Assembly (NCBI RefSeq): GCF_963921235.1
Contig: NC_086097.1
Span: 229,588,001-229,652,000 of the forward strand
Source: Mobula hypostoma
Lineage: Eukaryota
Direction of reading: 5' to 3'
Length of the DNA stretch: 64,000 bases
This document shows, one piece after another, positions 49,361 through 62,254 of the stretch. The notes beneath the pieces are model-generated. The model ran no database searches, was not told the DNA's origin, and saw nothing but the letters and a program-made list of their open reading frames with translations. Positions within the stretch are counted from its first letter, which is position 1; each line of letters opens with the position of its first letter. Both the position numbers and the translations under genes were made by a program.

Positions 49361-50987
49361 TTATATTCTGTAATGTCACAGGTCATGCATCAAAAATTTT
49401 AAACATATCATTCTATCAAACAAGTAAATTGTGGTAGTAAGATCCGTTTCGGCTGTAAACATATGTACACTTATAATGTACTTCATGCAGGAAGTACTTC
49501 CAAGGTTATGTTTTTCAAATATTGTGCAGACATGTTCTATTAAAAACATAACCATTTAATAATCTACATACTGGAAGAAAACCTTTTGATTTGATTACTG
49601 CCTTGTGAATCACTAGACATTCATTATCCTTAATGTAATCTGCACAAGATATAATCTCTCTGGGAAATAACAAACTGGTTTCATCCTCATTTATTGTGAA
49701 GCCTGTATGTTTCAGTCAATGAGGTCTTGATTTATTCACAGATTATGTAATGCATCCAAATGAGAAAAGTAAGCCGAAAAATTGGATCCACCAGCAACCA
49801 TGTGTTAGGCATAAGTCATATAACCACAAGAGTTTCTGCAAATGCTGAAAATTCAGAGTAACACACACAGTATGCTGGAGAAACTCAGCAGCTTCTATGA
49901 AGAAGAATAAGCAGTTGATGTTTCAGGTCGAGATCAACTGACATGTTGAGTTCCTACAATGTTTTGTGTGTGTTAATCATATAAATATCTATTTTACTTG
50001 GTATACATCATGATAAAAATAATTCTGTGATGAAATTACAAAATATAAACAACACATGCCTGACACAGCATCAGATATGTATGAAATGGCATCATATTGT
50101 TATCACCTCGACTTGCTTTGTGGCTACAAATCTTTTGATGGCTAATATGTAACATAAGAAAGATACAGCAATTGCAGTAATTCTTTACGGCTCCCCTGGA
50201 ATATGCAGAGATGCCATTTTAGCATATCTGTCCATTGTTTAAAAATCTTTTTACCTGATTTCACAATTTTTCTGGTGTCCCAAACTGGCAGGAGCACTAA
50301 CTGCATTGACAATTTATAGTCTATTGGCTTCTAAAATGTTCAAAATGTCAGTGACAGTTATATTTAAATTTACTTTAAGAGATACATTATATGTAGAGGA
50401 TAAAATAAGAACCAATGAATAAATTAATAAATTGGAAACAGTGAATGGTTCAGAAGTTCCATTTAATATCAGAGAAGGTATTCACTATACATCCTGAGAT
50501 TCTTACTCTATCCAGACACCCACAAAAGAGAAGAAAAACCCCAAAGAATGAATGACAGGGAAACGTAGAACCCCAAAGCCACCTCTCCCCTCCCATGCAC
50601 AAGCAGCAGGAAAGCATCAACCCTCCTCCCTCCTCCCTCTTCCTCACCCCCACTGCTTCAGAAAAAGCATCAGCCCCCCACCACGCGCCATGCAAGCAAT
50701 AGCAAAGTCCCGGAAGAGACTGTGATCTAAGAGTCCAGTCAATCAGAAAGTTAGTTTAATAACATTAGTCAGGGTATTCATAAGAACATTATTTCTATAC
50801 ATAAACATTGTAAAATAGTATCCCTGTTTATAATTATTTTGCAATGGATCAGCCCATGATTGAATGACGGAGCCAACTCGATCGGCCAAATGGCCTACTT
50901 CTGCTCCAAATGTTATGGTCTAATGATATAACAAGTGGCTGTCTAGTTCTAAAATTAACTTAATTTCATTATCTGTCATTTTTGTAA

Positions 50988-51491
50988 TGTAACGACCTGA
51001 GAAAGGTTTCCCTGTCAATGTAATGGTTTCTCTGTAGCGCAGTGTTTGGGTTACGACTAGAGATAATGGGGGTATGAGGGGAGATGTTTTCCTTTCTTGT
51101 GGGCCCGAGCGAAGGTTTTGCATGCTTTTGTTCAGCGGAAGATGGAGAGAGAAGATGCCAGAACAGGGAAGTTGTAGTCTGCAGGATGGAGTAGACTTGG
51201 AGTGGGATCAGGAGTCAACACCCGGGGGGGGGGGGGTGTGGAATCGATGGAGAACAAACAGATGGGAGATGGGAAAACAGTAAACTCCAACATTACGCAT
51301 TAGACAGTCAAATTAAGAATTATAAAGCTCAATCGTTTAATTGCATATTGTGTACAGTTTGTTATTTCGTGGTACTGATTTGTAACAGGGGAACTCATCA
51401 TGCAGCATCCACCCAAACAAGATTTCTCAAGGGGGCTGGGCCGGGGGCTGTCTTCCCCTAGCTTAAGCTGCTAGCCGAACCGAGAGTTACA
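50988..51491. mobile_element. Solo LTR, 504 bp
   Basis: TGTAAC...GTTACA inverted termini; exact 4-bp TSD GTAA. Confidence 0.8.
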
Positions 51492-52009
51492 GTAATTTAA
51501 ATAAAATCTTTGATTTCGTTAAGATCATATGATAACAGAAAGTGAACTTGAATCTAGCATTTAGATTAAATTTGGATGGAATTTAGCATTAAGCCTACAC
51601 TGACGCCTTTCACATGCTTGCTGGGGACTTCAGTCAGGCTAGCTTGAAGAAATCTTTACCCAATTACCTTCAGGACATCGCCTGCAGCACTAGAGGACCC
51701 AATGCACTCGACTACTGCGACACTATTTGGGAGATCTGATCCTCCTCCTACCTGTATATAGGCATAGATTAAAGAGCAACACACAAGTAAGGACAACAAA
51801 GAACTGGTCATGGTAGACAGGAATGGCTACAGGATTGCTTCAAATCAGAGGACTGGGTTATGTTCAAGGACTCTGTCACTGATGTTATAAAACACTCATG
51901 GGTGAGTGTGTCCTACAAAATTATCCAGAGTTTTCTCCATCCAAAAGTGCTGGATGAACTAAGAGATTCAAAATCTGCTGAGGGCTAGATTAGTGCCATT
52001 CAGGACTGG

Positions 52010-52647
52010 TGTTGTAGGAGAGAGAATAGTGAGGGCCAATAACTAATAAATAGTGTTGTGGATTGGTCTAATATGCTGACAGGGAACCGCAGACCAAAGT
52101 AGAGACATGGAATGCAGCAGCAAAGACACCCGGGTTTCAGGAAATTCATTAATTATATTAGACCGTGCATCCATTGTAATAAAAAACTGGATTTTATTCA
52201 GTAATCAGGACCTAGTTTGTTACTTAATTAAGTCTTCCTGTCACCACCATTCTTTTATCAAAATGTAGTTTTACTGGGAATTTCATCAACTGAGAATGTA
52301 AAAGCTGTACACAACAAATGCTGGAGGAACTCAGCAGGCCAGGCAGCATCTATGAAAAAGAGTACAGTCGATGTTTCGGCCGTACTTCTTCAACTGTACT
52401 TTTTGACCGTACATCAACTGTACATTTTTCCATAGATGCTGCCTGTCCTGCTGAGTTCCTCCAGCATTTTGTGGGTGTTGCTTGGATTTCCAGTATTTGC
52501 ATATTTTTACTTGTTAATGTAAAAGCTGTACCAATTTCATGCTCAGGGAGATCAGCTTTGGCTGGTCTCCTGATAGGCACCGGTTTTTAATAAATCACCC
52601 ATTATTTTGAACAGCTGCTCCATGTGATCTTTCAGTTTGCTCATGCA
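52010..52647. mobile_element. Possible solo LTR
   Basis: Interrupts Rex1; TG...CA ends; (A/G)CTGG flanks; internal AATAAA. Confidence 0.4.
52311..52515. mobile_element. Fold-back Penelope-derived mini-element with 16-bp TSD
   Basis: Exact AATGTAAAAGCTGTAC at 52295-52310 and 52516-52531; inverted arms of about 65 bp. Confidence 0.9.
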
Positions 52648-53223
52648 GCTGGCATCTCAAGAAAGTACAAGAGGTCCAGGTGTGATCTCCAGAAAATCAT
52701 CTCACATACAAAATAGCATTTCTGGACTAAATTTGAGTCACAGAAGGATATTCGACTGCTGTGGTAGGTTTTGAACGCAATCACTTCCTAGAAAGCAAAC
52801 CCAAACAACATAAATTACAACAGGCTTTGCTCCCAGATGAGTTCGATGTCTTTTATGCTCGCTTTGAACAACCAACCATGCAGGCATCTTCGCAAACTCT
52901 GACAGCCCCTGGTGACCTTGTTAGCTCAGTCTCTGAGGTCAACATGAGAGCCTTCGGGAGGGTGAATCCACGAAGAGTATCTAGTCCAGAGGGCATACCT
53001 GGCTGAATACTGAAGAGCTGTGGTAATCAACTGCCTGGAGTGTTTACGGATACCTTCAACCTCTCAGTTTAGCAGTCTGAGATACCTACCTGCTTTAAGC
53101 AGGCTTCAATCAGACTGGTGCCCAAAAAGAACATGGCAACCTGCTTCAGTGAGCGCCACCCAGTAGCATTTACATCCATTGTGATCAAGTTCTTTGAGAG
53201 GTTCGTCCTGAAGCATATCAACT

Positions 53224-53357
53224 AACACACATCAAAGTTGCTGGTGAACGCAGCAGGCCAGGCAGCATCTCTAGGAAGAGGTACAGTTGACGTTTCGGGC
53301 CGAGACCCTTATGAAAGTGGGAGGGGGAGGGGGAGATCTGAAATGATAGGAGAAGAC
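53224..53357 (-). mobile_element. Penelope-derived mini-insert with 13-bp TSD and partial hammerhead
   Basis: AAGCATATCAACT at 53211-53223 and 53358-53370; minus strand AAGGGTCTCGGCCCGAAACGTCAACT, with the CUGAUGA part deleted. Confidence 0.85.
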
Positions 53358-54422
53358 AAGCATATCAACTCCTGCCTGAGGAGTGACTTGGACCCACTCC
53401 AATTTGCCTCCCATCACAACAGGTCAACAACATTGACCAGTTGACTATTTCACTGGCCCTTCACTCAACTTTGGAACACCTGGACAATGAAGATGCATAT
53501 GTCAGGATGCTCTTCATTGACCACTGCTCAGCATCAACACTATCATACAGTCAGTACGGATTGGCAACAACATCTCCTCCACACTCATAATCAGCACAGG
53601 TGCACCACAAGGCTGTCTGCTGAGTCTCCTGCTCTACTAGTTTTATACTCATGACTGTGAGGCTAGTACAGCTCCAATGCCATATTTTAGTTTGCTGATG
53701 ACACCACTGCGGCTGGCTGAATCAAAAGTGGTGACAAATCAGCACAGAAGGGGGAGAATAAAAATCTGGCTGAGTGGAGCCAAAAGAGCTACCCTCTCCT
53801 TCAATGTCAGCAAAACCAAAGAGCTAATTATTGACTACAGGAGGAGGAAACTGGAGGGTCTATGAGCCAGTCCTCACTGGGGGAATCAGTGGTGAAGAGG
53901 GCCAGTAACTTTAAATTCCTTGGCATTATCATGTCAGAAGATCTAACCAGGGCCATCACATAAATACTATTACAAAGAATTGAATTGACTTTATTTCTTA
54001 CATCCTTCACATATATGAGGAGTAAAAATCTTTACCTTACGTTTCCGTCTAAATCTGCAATGTGTAATCACAGTAATATATAATAACTTATAATAAATAG
54101 AACAGTCGATGTAACATAGAAATACGCTCAAATCAGCGTGAGTTAATCGGTCTGATGGCCTTGTGGAAGAAGCTGTCCCGGAGCCTGTTGGTCCTGGCTT
54201 TTACGTGACAGTGCAACATACACAAATTGTTGGAGGAACTCAGCAGGGCAGGCAGCATCTATGGAAAAGAGCCAACAATCGACATTTTGGACGGCCTGGC
54301 CTGCTGAGTTCCTTCAGCAATTTGTGTGTGTTGCTTTGATTTCCAGCATCTGCAGTTTTTCTCCTGTTTGTGAAGCATGACAGTTCCTCTACTTTCTCAG
54401 AAGTTTTTTTAGATTCAGCGTG

Positions 54423-55113
54423 TGTAGCAAAAATAATTGTAAAATTTGTTATGAGTTCTTTACTGATTCAGCTCAGGGCATTCACATACGTATTTGCAAA
54501 CAATAGGAATCTCTGCACACGTATTGAAAGCCACAAAAAATCACTTTATTGGAACGAACATAAATACAATATGGATAGAAAGACGAATGATTCCCGAAGT
54601 AGTGCAGAAAACATTTTACTTATCATCCACTTAATAAGCCAATCTTAGAGGGGAGCCACAGATCTGACAACCTTTCACACTGCCTGTGCTCTCTACCTCT
54701 GACAACATACTTTAACTCTTTCAACAGGCTTGTCCCTATCTTCCCCAGCTCTTAGCCCTAGCATTGGTCGTAACCTAACTTAAGACAAAACTCTCCACCC
54801 TGTGCTAAGGAAGTGGCCCTTTTCATACCTGTTTAAGATCTCTTCAAAACTCTAACACAATTATCCATCCATTGGTGGTACCAGCTTCACCCCCTTATCT
54901 CTTACAACCTTCAGCCGAGACACATAATTTAGGAAAACAGAGACAACGGGTCTGTAGGGAGGAAAACATAATTCATTATCTAATCTCGGGGATGTGCACT
55001 CGTGCACATCTCCAGACTATCACCACATTCCAAGCTGACACTATTTTGTCTTCGAACTTCCATTTTTGTTGAACACGTACTAAGGAGGAATCACAATTAA
55101 CTCTTTCCTTACA
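54423..55113. mobile_element. Solo LTR, 691 bp
   Basis: TGTA...TACA termini; 5-bp TSD GC(G/A)TG; Rex1 text rejoins across it. Confidence 0.65.
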
Positions 55114-55544
55114 GCATGTCACCAAACACTTTGGCAAACTTCTATATATGCGCAGTATAAACTGGCTGCATCTCAGAATGGAAGCACCAATGCCCAGAAG
55201 CAGAAATAGGCACAGAAAGTGTTGGATCCAGTCCAGTCCATCACAGGCAAAGCCCTCTCCATCACTGAACACATTTACATGGACCATTGTCACAAGAAAG
55301 CAGCATCTGTCATCAAGGATTCCCTGACACCATGTTCAGTGATGGCCCAAGTGCAGAAGGAGAAACGCTTGACTGGTGAAAAAAAAATTGTTTTGGACAC
55401 AGCAATGAAGAATCCTTCTACATCTGTGTGCAGTGGTATGAACAGACGCAGATGGAGGACCTTCATTGCTGCCCTAAACGCCAGCAGTGTAACGGGCAGT
55501 AAGTGGGTACAAAGAAATCCTAATTGGCTGGAATGTGCACTCTT

Positions 55545-57686
55545 ATGAGTGTGATTGTGACGTGTGAAGGCACCCTGACTTCGTGGCAGAGTCTGTGCTT
55601 GTGACAGGACCCCCTCCCTAGGCACGGTTCCAGAGGCACCTAAATCCTGTGCTCTCTGGGAATTCCAGACGGACAGACTTGTCCAGGATGTCATGAGTTG
55701 AAACCTAAGAATGTTCCATGAGGTACTGAACTCTGCCCCACACCTGGTGAGGTGCCAGGAGGTGCCACATGGAATAGACCAGGGACCCGTCCACGGAGGA
55801 GCGAGAGGGATCGTGACTGGAGCAAGGGGGAGAAGAAGCCATTGGCATGAACTGGGAAATACGGAGCACTAGGTGAATCGTCATTGATAATGGTTGACGC
55901 AGTCAATGGGAGGCTCTGTCGGTAGCCTTCTCAACTACGGATGGTCCCACATAATGTGGGGCCAACTTGCGGCTCTCAGCTTTCAAAGGAGGATCTCTAG
56001 AGGCCAGCCAGACTTTTCCCCCTGGCTTGAGAGGCCTCAGCTGTCACCAAAGCATATTGTTTCTGAGTGTGCAGGAAAGACGTCTTGGCTCATCTCCACA
56101 TGCACTTGTAGCGTTGGACCAACTGTTCAGCAGCAGGAACTCCCACGTCAGCTCAAAGCAGCAAAGCATTGGGCAGAAACTTCTTCACTTGCTGATTGGC
56201 TCTTTCTGACTGACCATTGATCTGTGGATGATAGACAGTGGACAAGTTCACTGGGGTGTGGCGGACGGAGCAGGAGGGTCTCCAGAATTGGGAGACTAAC
56301 TGTCGGCCCCAGTCCGACAAAATGCCCTGAGGGAAACTGTGGAGGTGACCTACAGATTGGAAAACAAGATCCACTGTCTCAGCAGCTAACAGAAATTCAG
56401 GGAGGGCAATGATGCAGGCTGCCTTGGAGAACAGGTTCACCACTGTCACCATCACTTTTGCTCCATTGGAAGGTGGTAAACCCGTGAGGAACCCACAGCG
56501 GTGGGATCACGGGCGTCGGGAGTCCGGTACAGGCCGCAGGGGTCCAGATGGCTGCCGGCTGGCGGAATTGGACTGGGCACATTGAAGGCAGACAGTGATG
56601 TGCATCTGTGATCACGGTGGGCCTCCAGAACCAGTGTCACAGATAATCCAGGGTCTGGATGGCCGGAGGGGGATGAGGAGTGGGCCCACTGGAGTGCCTC
56701 AGAGCGCACAGCCGCTGGCACGTTCATGTGGCTGTCAGGTGTGTCAGCCTGGGCAGGCTAGCACTGTAGGGCTTAGTGGATCTGGTTCTCAAGGTCCCAG
56801 ACAATTGGGGCAAGGTTATGTGAGGATGGAATGACGGGCTGAGGGTCGGCCTCCATTTCAACTGGGTTGAGCTGTCATGTCTGGGCAACCGCTTTACTAT
56901 TCTTGGAGCTGGGTCGGTAGGAGTTGGTGAAGAAGAGGGCCTGGTGAGCCTGACATGGGTTGAGTTGGTGGGTCTGGATGTGAGGTTCTGGTGATCAGTC
57001 CAGATCAGAAAGGGCTTTGTGTTCCTCATCAACCAACATTTCCATTCCTCCATGGCCCATTTATTAGGGAGTAGCTCCCTATCTCCTACTCCATAACGGC
57101 ACTGTGGAGGATCGAACATGCGTGGGAAGAAGGCACAAAGGTGTGTAATCCTGCCCTCTCCTCACTGGGGGAGGATGGCCCCAGAGCCTATATCAGATGC
57201 ATCTACCTCTCCCACAATAGGTCTGGAGAGGGTTGGATGGCAGAGAATAGAAGCTGTGGTGAAGCTTCTCCTGAGTTCCTCAGCAGCAAACCAGGTTTTC
57301 CGCAAGGCAGCTACGTGGTGAGGAAGGTGAGAGTTGTGGTGATTTGGCTGTAGTTTCTGATGAGATGGAGGTAGAAGTTGGAGAAGCCCAAGAAGTGCCG
57401 TAGCTATTTGAGGGTGCATGGTTGGGTCAATTCAATGATGGTGCACACTTTCTCTGGGTCCATGGTTATGCCTTGGAATGAAAGGATATACCCCAGGAAG
57501 GAGACGACTGGGATATGAAACTGGCATTTTCCTAACTTGCAATACAGTTGGTTTTTGAGGAGATGCTGAAGGAAAGAACGGATGCAACAGGCGTGGTCCT
57601 TGGGGTTCTTGGAGAAGATGAGGATGTCGTCAAAGCAGACAAACACTTACCTGTGTAGCATGTCTTGCAGAATCTTGTTAATGAAG
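55545..57686 (-). mobile_element. Degenerate Gypsy (sushi/Tf2-like) pol 3' half: RT C-terminus, RNase H, integrase
   Basis: FDDILIFS, EVDASD.G.GAIL, Y.VGDRELL..EEW, WTDH.NL, I.SD.G.Q..SQFW, YHPQ.NGQSER.NQ. Confidence 0.9.
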
Positions 57687-60133
57687 TGTTAGGCGCCTTC
57701 CAGTCTCCACCCAGCTAACAGGAGTCAACAGAATCTGCCTCATTTCCAACTCATCATCTGCCACTTATTTAAACCAAGCTCCTATCCAAAGCCCTTGTTC
57801 ACCTATCAAACCAGCCAGCCTCAACCAGTTGCTCCTAGGAATCTGTTACCTTTTTGCCTTGTCTGTTCGGTATCTGTTCTCTCTTCTTGTATGGTCCTTC
57901 ATGGCTTGTTATTTTAGTTATCGCTTACTGCTAAATCATGCTCGCTACTCTGCATTTGGGTCAGGCCTTCTTTACATTTCCTAACAGGATGGGTGAACCA
58001 ACGATTGACTCAGCAGAGTTTACTTGCCGAAAAGAAGTCATTTGCTGACATGAGTGCACAATCCAGAAGAGGCAGGAACCATTGACCATCTGCTTGCTAC
58101 CCTCAACCAACTCTCACTCTTGATACGGCAACACATGCCAGTCAACCTCCCCTCTCAGAGTCCTGAATTCCACTGCCTGAATGCTTCAACAGACCCCTAA
58201 CCCGATGCAGTAACTTCCTGTCCCAGAGCATCCTATACTTTCAGCTCCAGCCGTCTCAGTATGTTACCGACCGAGCCAAAATAACCTTTGTCATATCTCT
58301 CCTGACTGGGCAAGCTCTGACCTGGGTCAACACTAACTGGGACAATGAAGCCACTATTTGCAATAAATATGAGGAATTCACCATTGGGATGTGCTGGATT
58401 TTTGACCATCCGGGAAGTAGAGGGGGAGGGTAGAGGATCAGAAACTTCACCTGCGTCAAGGTTCATGTTCGGCGCTGGATCACTCAGTGGAATTCAGGAC
58501 CTTTGCGGCAGAGTCCAGCTAGAATGAAAAAGCATTGCTGGCCCATTACCATCTCATCCTCTTGGAGTGCTTGAAAGCTGAGCTATCCACCAACCCCAAA
58601 AGCTTCATCACTCTGGCCCTCCAAATTAACAGGCACCTTGTGGAACAAGCCTTCAGATCACCAGCCAGAAACCCCATTCTGTTCCCAAAACCATTTCAGG
58701 CTGTAGGACCCTCATCACCAATACCTCCAGAACCCATGCAGTTAGGGAGAACTCCCTTAACCTCTCAAGAGCGTGGTTGTTGGTTGAGAAACAACTTGGG
58801 CACTTAATGCAGAGCTGCTGATCACCCGCACATCAAATGCCCACTGGGTCCAGGAGATCAGCACCACCTGGTAAAGACAAGGGCCCTTCTATCTGGTAAG
58901 TTCCACCTCCCCCTCCTCCGCTCTCTAGTTCCAACATCATAGCCCAACTCACCCTCTCTGTCCTCCTCCACACCCCAATGGCTCTGAGTACACAGGAGGC
59001 TCTGGTAGATTCCACCGCAGCAGGCAACTTTCTAATCTAGACTCTGGGCAGCTTGGACTCCCTACTGGGTCCTTCTGCATCGCGGTAATTGACCGACATC
59101 CCCTGGGGTCTCGGATGGTCAGAGCGCGCACACGATGGCCTGTGCACATGAGCATTGGAGAACACCGCGAATCCATCCAAATCCTCGTATTTGACTCACC
59201 CAACACTCCTCTAGCTTTGGGTAATCCACGGCTCTTCACTCATGATCTTCAATTGAACTGGTCATCCAGTTCACTGCCCAGTTGGGGATCTACCTGCCTG
59301 CACCCTCAGCTGAACTCACTCTGTAAATCTGCGGAGACGAAGGAAACTCTCGATCTCACCAAACCCCCGCAAGAATAGCATGTCACCTTCAGTAAAAGGG
59401 GAGCCAGCACCATGCCACCTTACAAACCACATGACTGCACCATTGATCTCCTCCTAGTCACCACGCCTCCCCAAGGTCATCTATTCCCCCTCACCCTCAT
59501 GAAACCCAAGCCATGAATTACTACATTGCCGAAGTGCTACATTATGGCTTCAATTACCCATCCCAGTCCCCAACCAGTGCAGGGTTTTTCTTTCCCAAAA
59601 TGAAGGGTTGGGTCTTCGTCCCTGTATATGGAGCGTGTACAACCTGACCCACATCCATCGGGGGAGGAGTGGAAGATGGCGCTCATAACACCCACTGGCC
59701 GTTACCAATACTTGGTGATGCCTTTCAGACTTTCTAACAGTCCAGCCATTTTCCAAGGCTTCATCAAGATCCTGCAAGACATGCTACATGGGCATGTGTT
59801 TGTCTACCTTCACTACATCCCCATCTTCCCCAAGGACCCCAAACACCACACCTGAGTCCCTTCAAAGACCAACTGTACTGCAAGTTAGAGAAATGCCAGT
59901 TCCACATCCCAGTCATTTCCTTCCTGAGTTACATCCCTTCACACATTATTGTCATTTTGTGGTTTTTTATTAAAGTTACTGTTTACTGCTAAGCCGTCTC
60001 CTCTGCTTTGCTTTTGAGTCAAGCCTCCTCTGCACTTCCTGACATTACCTTGTCGAAATGTATTAAATTCTTTCACCACTGAATCATCTTCACTGTTCTG
60101 CTTCAGGGTCAAACCTCCTCTGCGTTACCTGGT
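57687..60133 (+). mobile_element. Degenerate Gypsy (sushi-like): LTR (~57687-57986), gag, protease, RT N-terminal half, partial LTR end(s)
   Basis: TGTTAG...CTAACA LTR; gag AKITFVISLLTG.AL.W and PEPMQLG; protease ALVDS.A.GNF; RT YQYLVMPF.L.NSPA.FQ; LTR-end-like text at ~59950-60042 and again at ~60060-60133. Confidence 0.88.
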
Positions 60134-61411
60134 AGCCACTCTTATCAGGCAGGAGGTATAGAAGTCTCAGTTCCCACTCCACCAGGTTCAGGAACAGTTA
60201 TTACCCCACAACCATCAGTTTCTTGACCCAGTGTCGATAACGTCACTCCACCACCACAACTCCGAACTAATTGTAAAACCGACAGACTCTTTACAACTCA
60301 TGTTCTCAGTAATTTTTTATTTACACAATTTAACTTCTTTTGCGTATTGGTTGTTCGTCAGTCTTTGTTTATGTATAAATTTTCATAAATTATATTGTAT
60401 TTCTTTATCTTCCTATAAATGCCTGCAAGAAAAGGAATCACATGGTAGTACATGATAACATGTACATAATTGGACAGTAAATTTGACATTGAACTTCAAT
60501 CATAGTAACAACTTGCTTTGTCATGTTCTCATATTGCAAGCATGTTCAAATCTCCGATAAACCATAACAACGTGCAATTACAATATTGAACAGGAGTAGT
60601 GGGTAGTGAGGGTTGTGTAATGACACTGATGTCACTGTGGCCATGATACCAGTTCGGAGCTGGAATCAAATCCATGTCACGCTTCTGGTTTCCCATGAAA
60701 CGTTGGACCTCATAAAGTGCCTTAAGCAAACGACAGGGGTGGGACATTTACCGTGGGACGGTCGGGCACTGAGAAATCCACACAGTCTCATTAGGCCAGC
60801 TCCAATATTATTTGTTGATGCACATCCTGCAATTTCAAAACACAAATTCCTACTGTTAGATACATGGGTATGATCAAAGGGGGGAAAAACACAGGTCTGG
60901 AGTCACTTAGCACTTTGGTGGAAGGCTGCTTATTAGGTGCATCAACAATCAAAATTATCAAGATTAGCAAAACTAGTGAAAAAGAAACTGCCAATATTTA
61001 CAAAAAGATACCTACCAGAAAACACAATAATAGTTCCACACTTACACTTGGCCAGTGTGAACTTCTGGCAGCCCTGATCTCTCTCCTACAGAGGGCAATC
61101 AACTCCATTGTTTAGGCTATAGGACGTACCATCTTTAATTACCAGCGAAGTTAACTTAAGACGACACATGAATAAGAACATGATACACTCCACAATGTAG
61201 TTACAGTCACATTACAAAATAAACAGAAGTATCAACCTTAAGTACAACATATACACATCCACATTGCAAAGGAAATGGAGTATTCCACCATGTATGGCGG
61301 GAAGGGCATTAGAAAACCAACCAGAGTGCATCGGCTCAGCTCATTATGGGAATACCCTGGGCAAGATATTGAAAAGTGTACATTCAGCCAAACGACAGCA
61401 GAATGACAAGG

Positions 61412-61412
<1 letters not shown>

Positions 61413-61463
<51 letters not shown>
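61413..61463. repeat. (TG)n microsatellite, about 25 units
   Basis: Read directly from the sequence. Confidence 0.98.
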
Positions 61464-61466
<3 letters not shown>

Positions 61467-62254
61467 AGAAGTGTGTTTACTGAGTCTCCGTCACACCTAC
61501 ACACACTAGAAATGTGAAATCAACAGCTTTAATGAAAGGCCATTGAGCAAAGCCTCAACTCTACAGGTTTCCACCTCCCTACGGGAGAGTCCCAGGACAC
61601 ATTCCACACAATCAGGAAAGCTCACCAACACCTCTACTTTCCGTTCTCAACAAATGTTGTCTGACTATTGAGTATTTCCAGCATTTTCTTTTTTATTTTC
61701 AATCTCACAGTTTTCTTCTTCCTTTAATGGTTTCTCCTGATAAAATCTACATCTTACTGTGCGTTTGGCCTCAGGAAGCCAGATGATTAGAATAATAACT
61801 ATGTTAATCATGGTAAATGTATTTAGTGCCCGGAAAGTCATTCGTCTCTATGTGAGAGCTGTTTTTTGTTTCAATCTCTACCTAGACATAGATACCTTTC
61901 AGATGTCCTTGCAAATTAAAGAAGATTTCTCAGCCATGGTTTTGAGTCAACAGGGCCAGTTCTGAGTGGAGGACATTGGTCAAACTCCTTTTCCATTGCT
62001 TGCCCATACACTGCCCTGCTCCACTTGTATATTGTCCTGCCCTTTCAAGCAACCCTTTCTCTGCAAAATATAATTGTGCTGTTCTTGGGCAATGGATTTA
62101 GATTTAAGAACATTATTGCAGGTGCATATCTTCTTTCTTTTCCATCTACTAAATTGAAGAAGGGTTTATTAATCAATAAAAATAAGCTACTGTTTTGTAA
62201 ATTTATGCCAACTCTACAAGTTTCTGCCTCCCTACTGGAGAGTGCCAGGACACT

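Larger units (their letters stand above)
51590..60497 (+). mobile_element. Old Rex1/Babar-type LINE fragmented by many insertions
   Basis: Collinear pieces: AGDF (51620), LPDE.D.FYARFE (52820), DPLQFA (53390), PQGC.LS.LLY (53605), NVSKTKELIIDYR (53800), 55114-55335, and 3' end 60135-60497. Confidence 0.8.

Noticed and set aside
58233..59855. Domesticated PEG10/RTL1-like gene
   Set aside because: Many stops and frameshifts with LTR remnants attached; a decayed retrotransposon.
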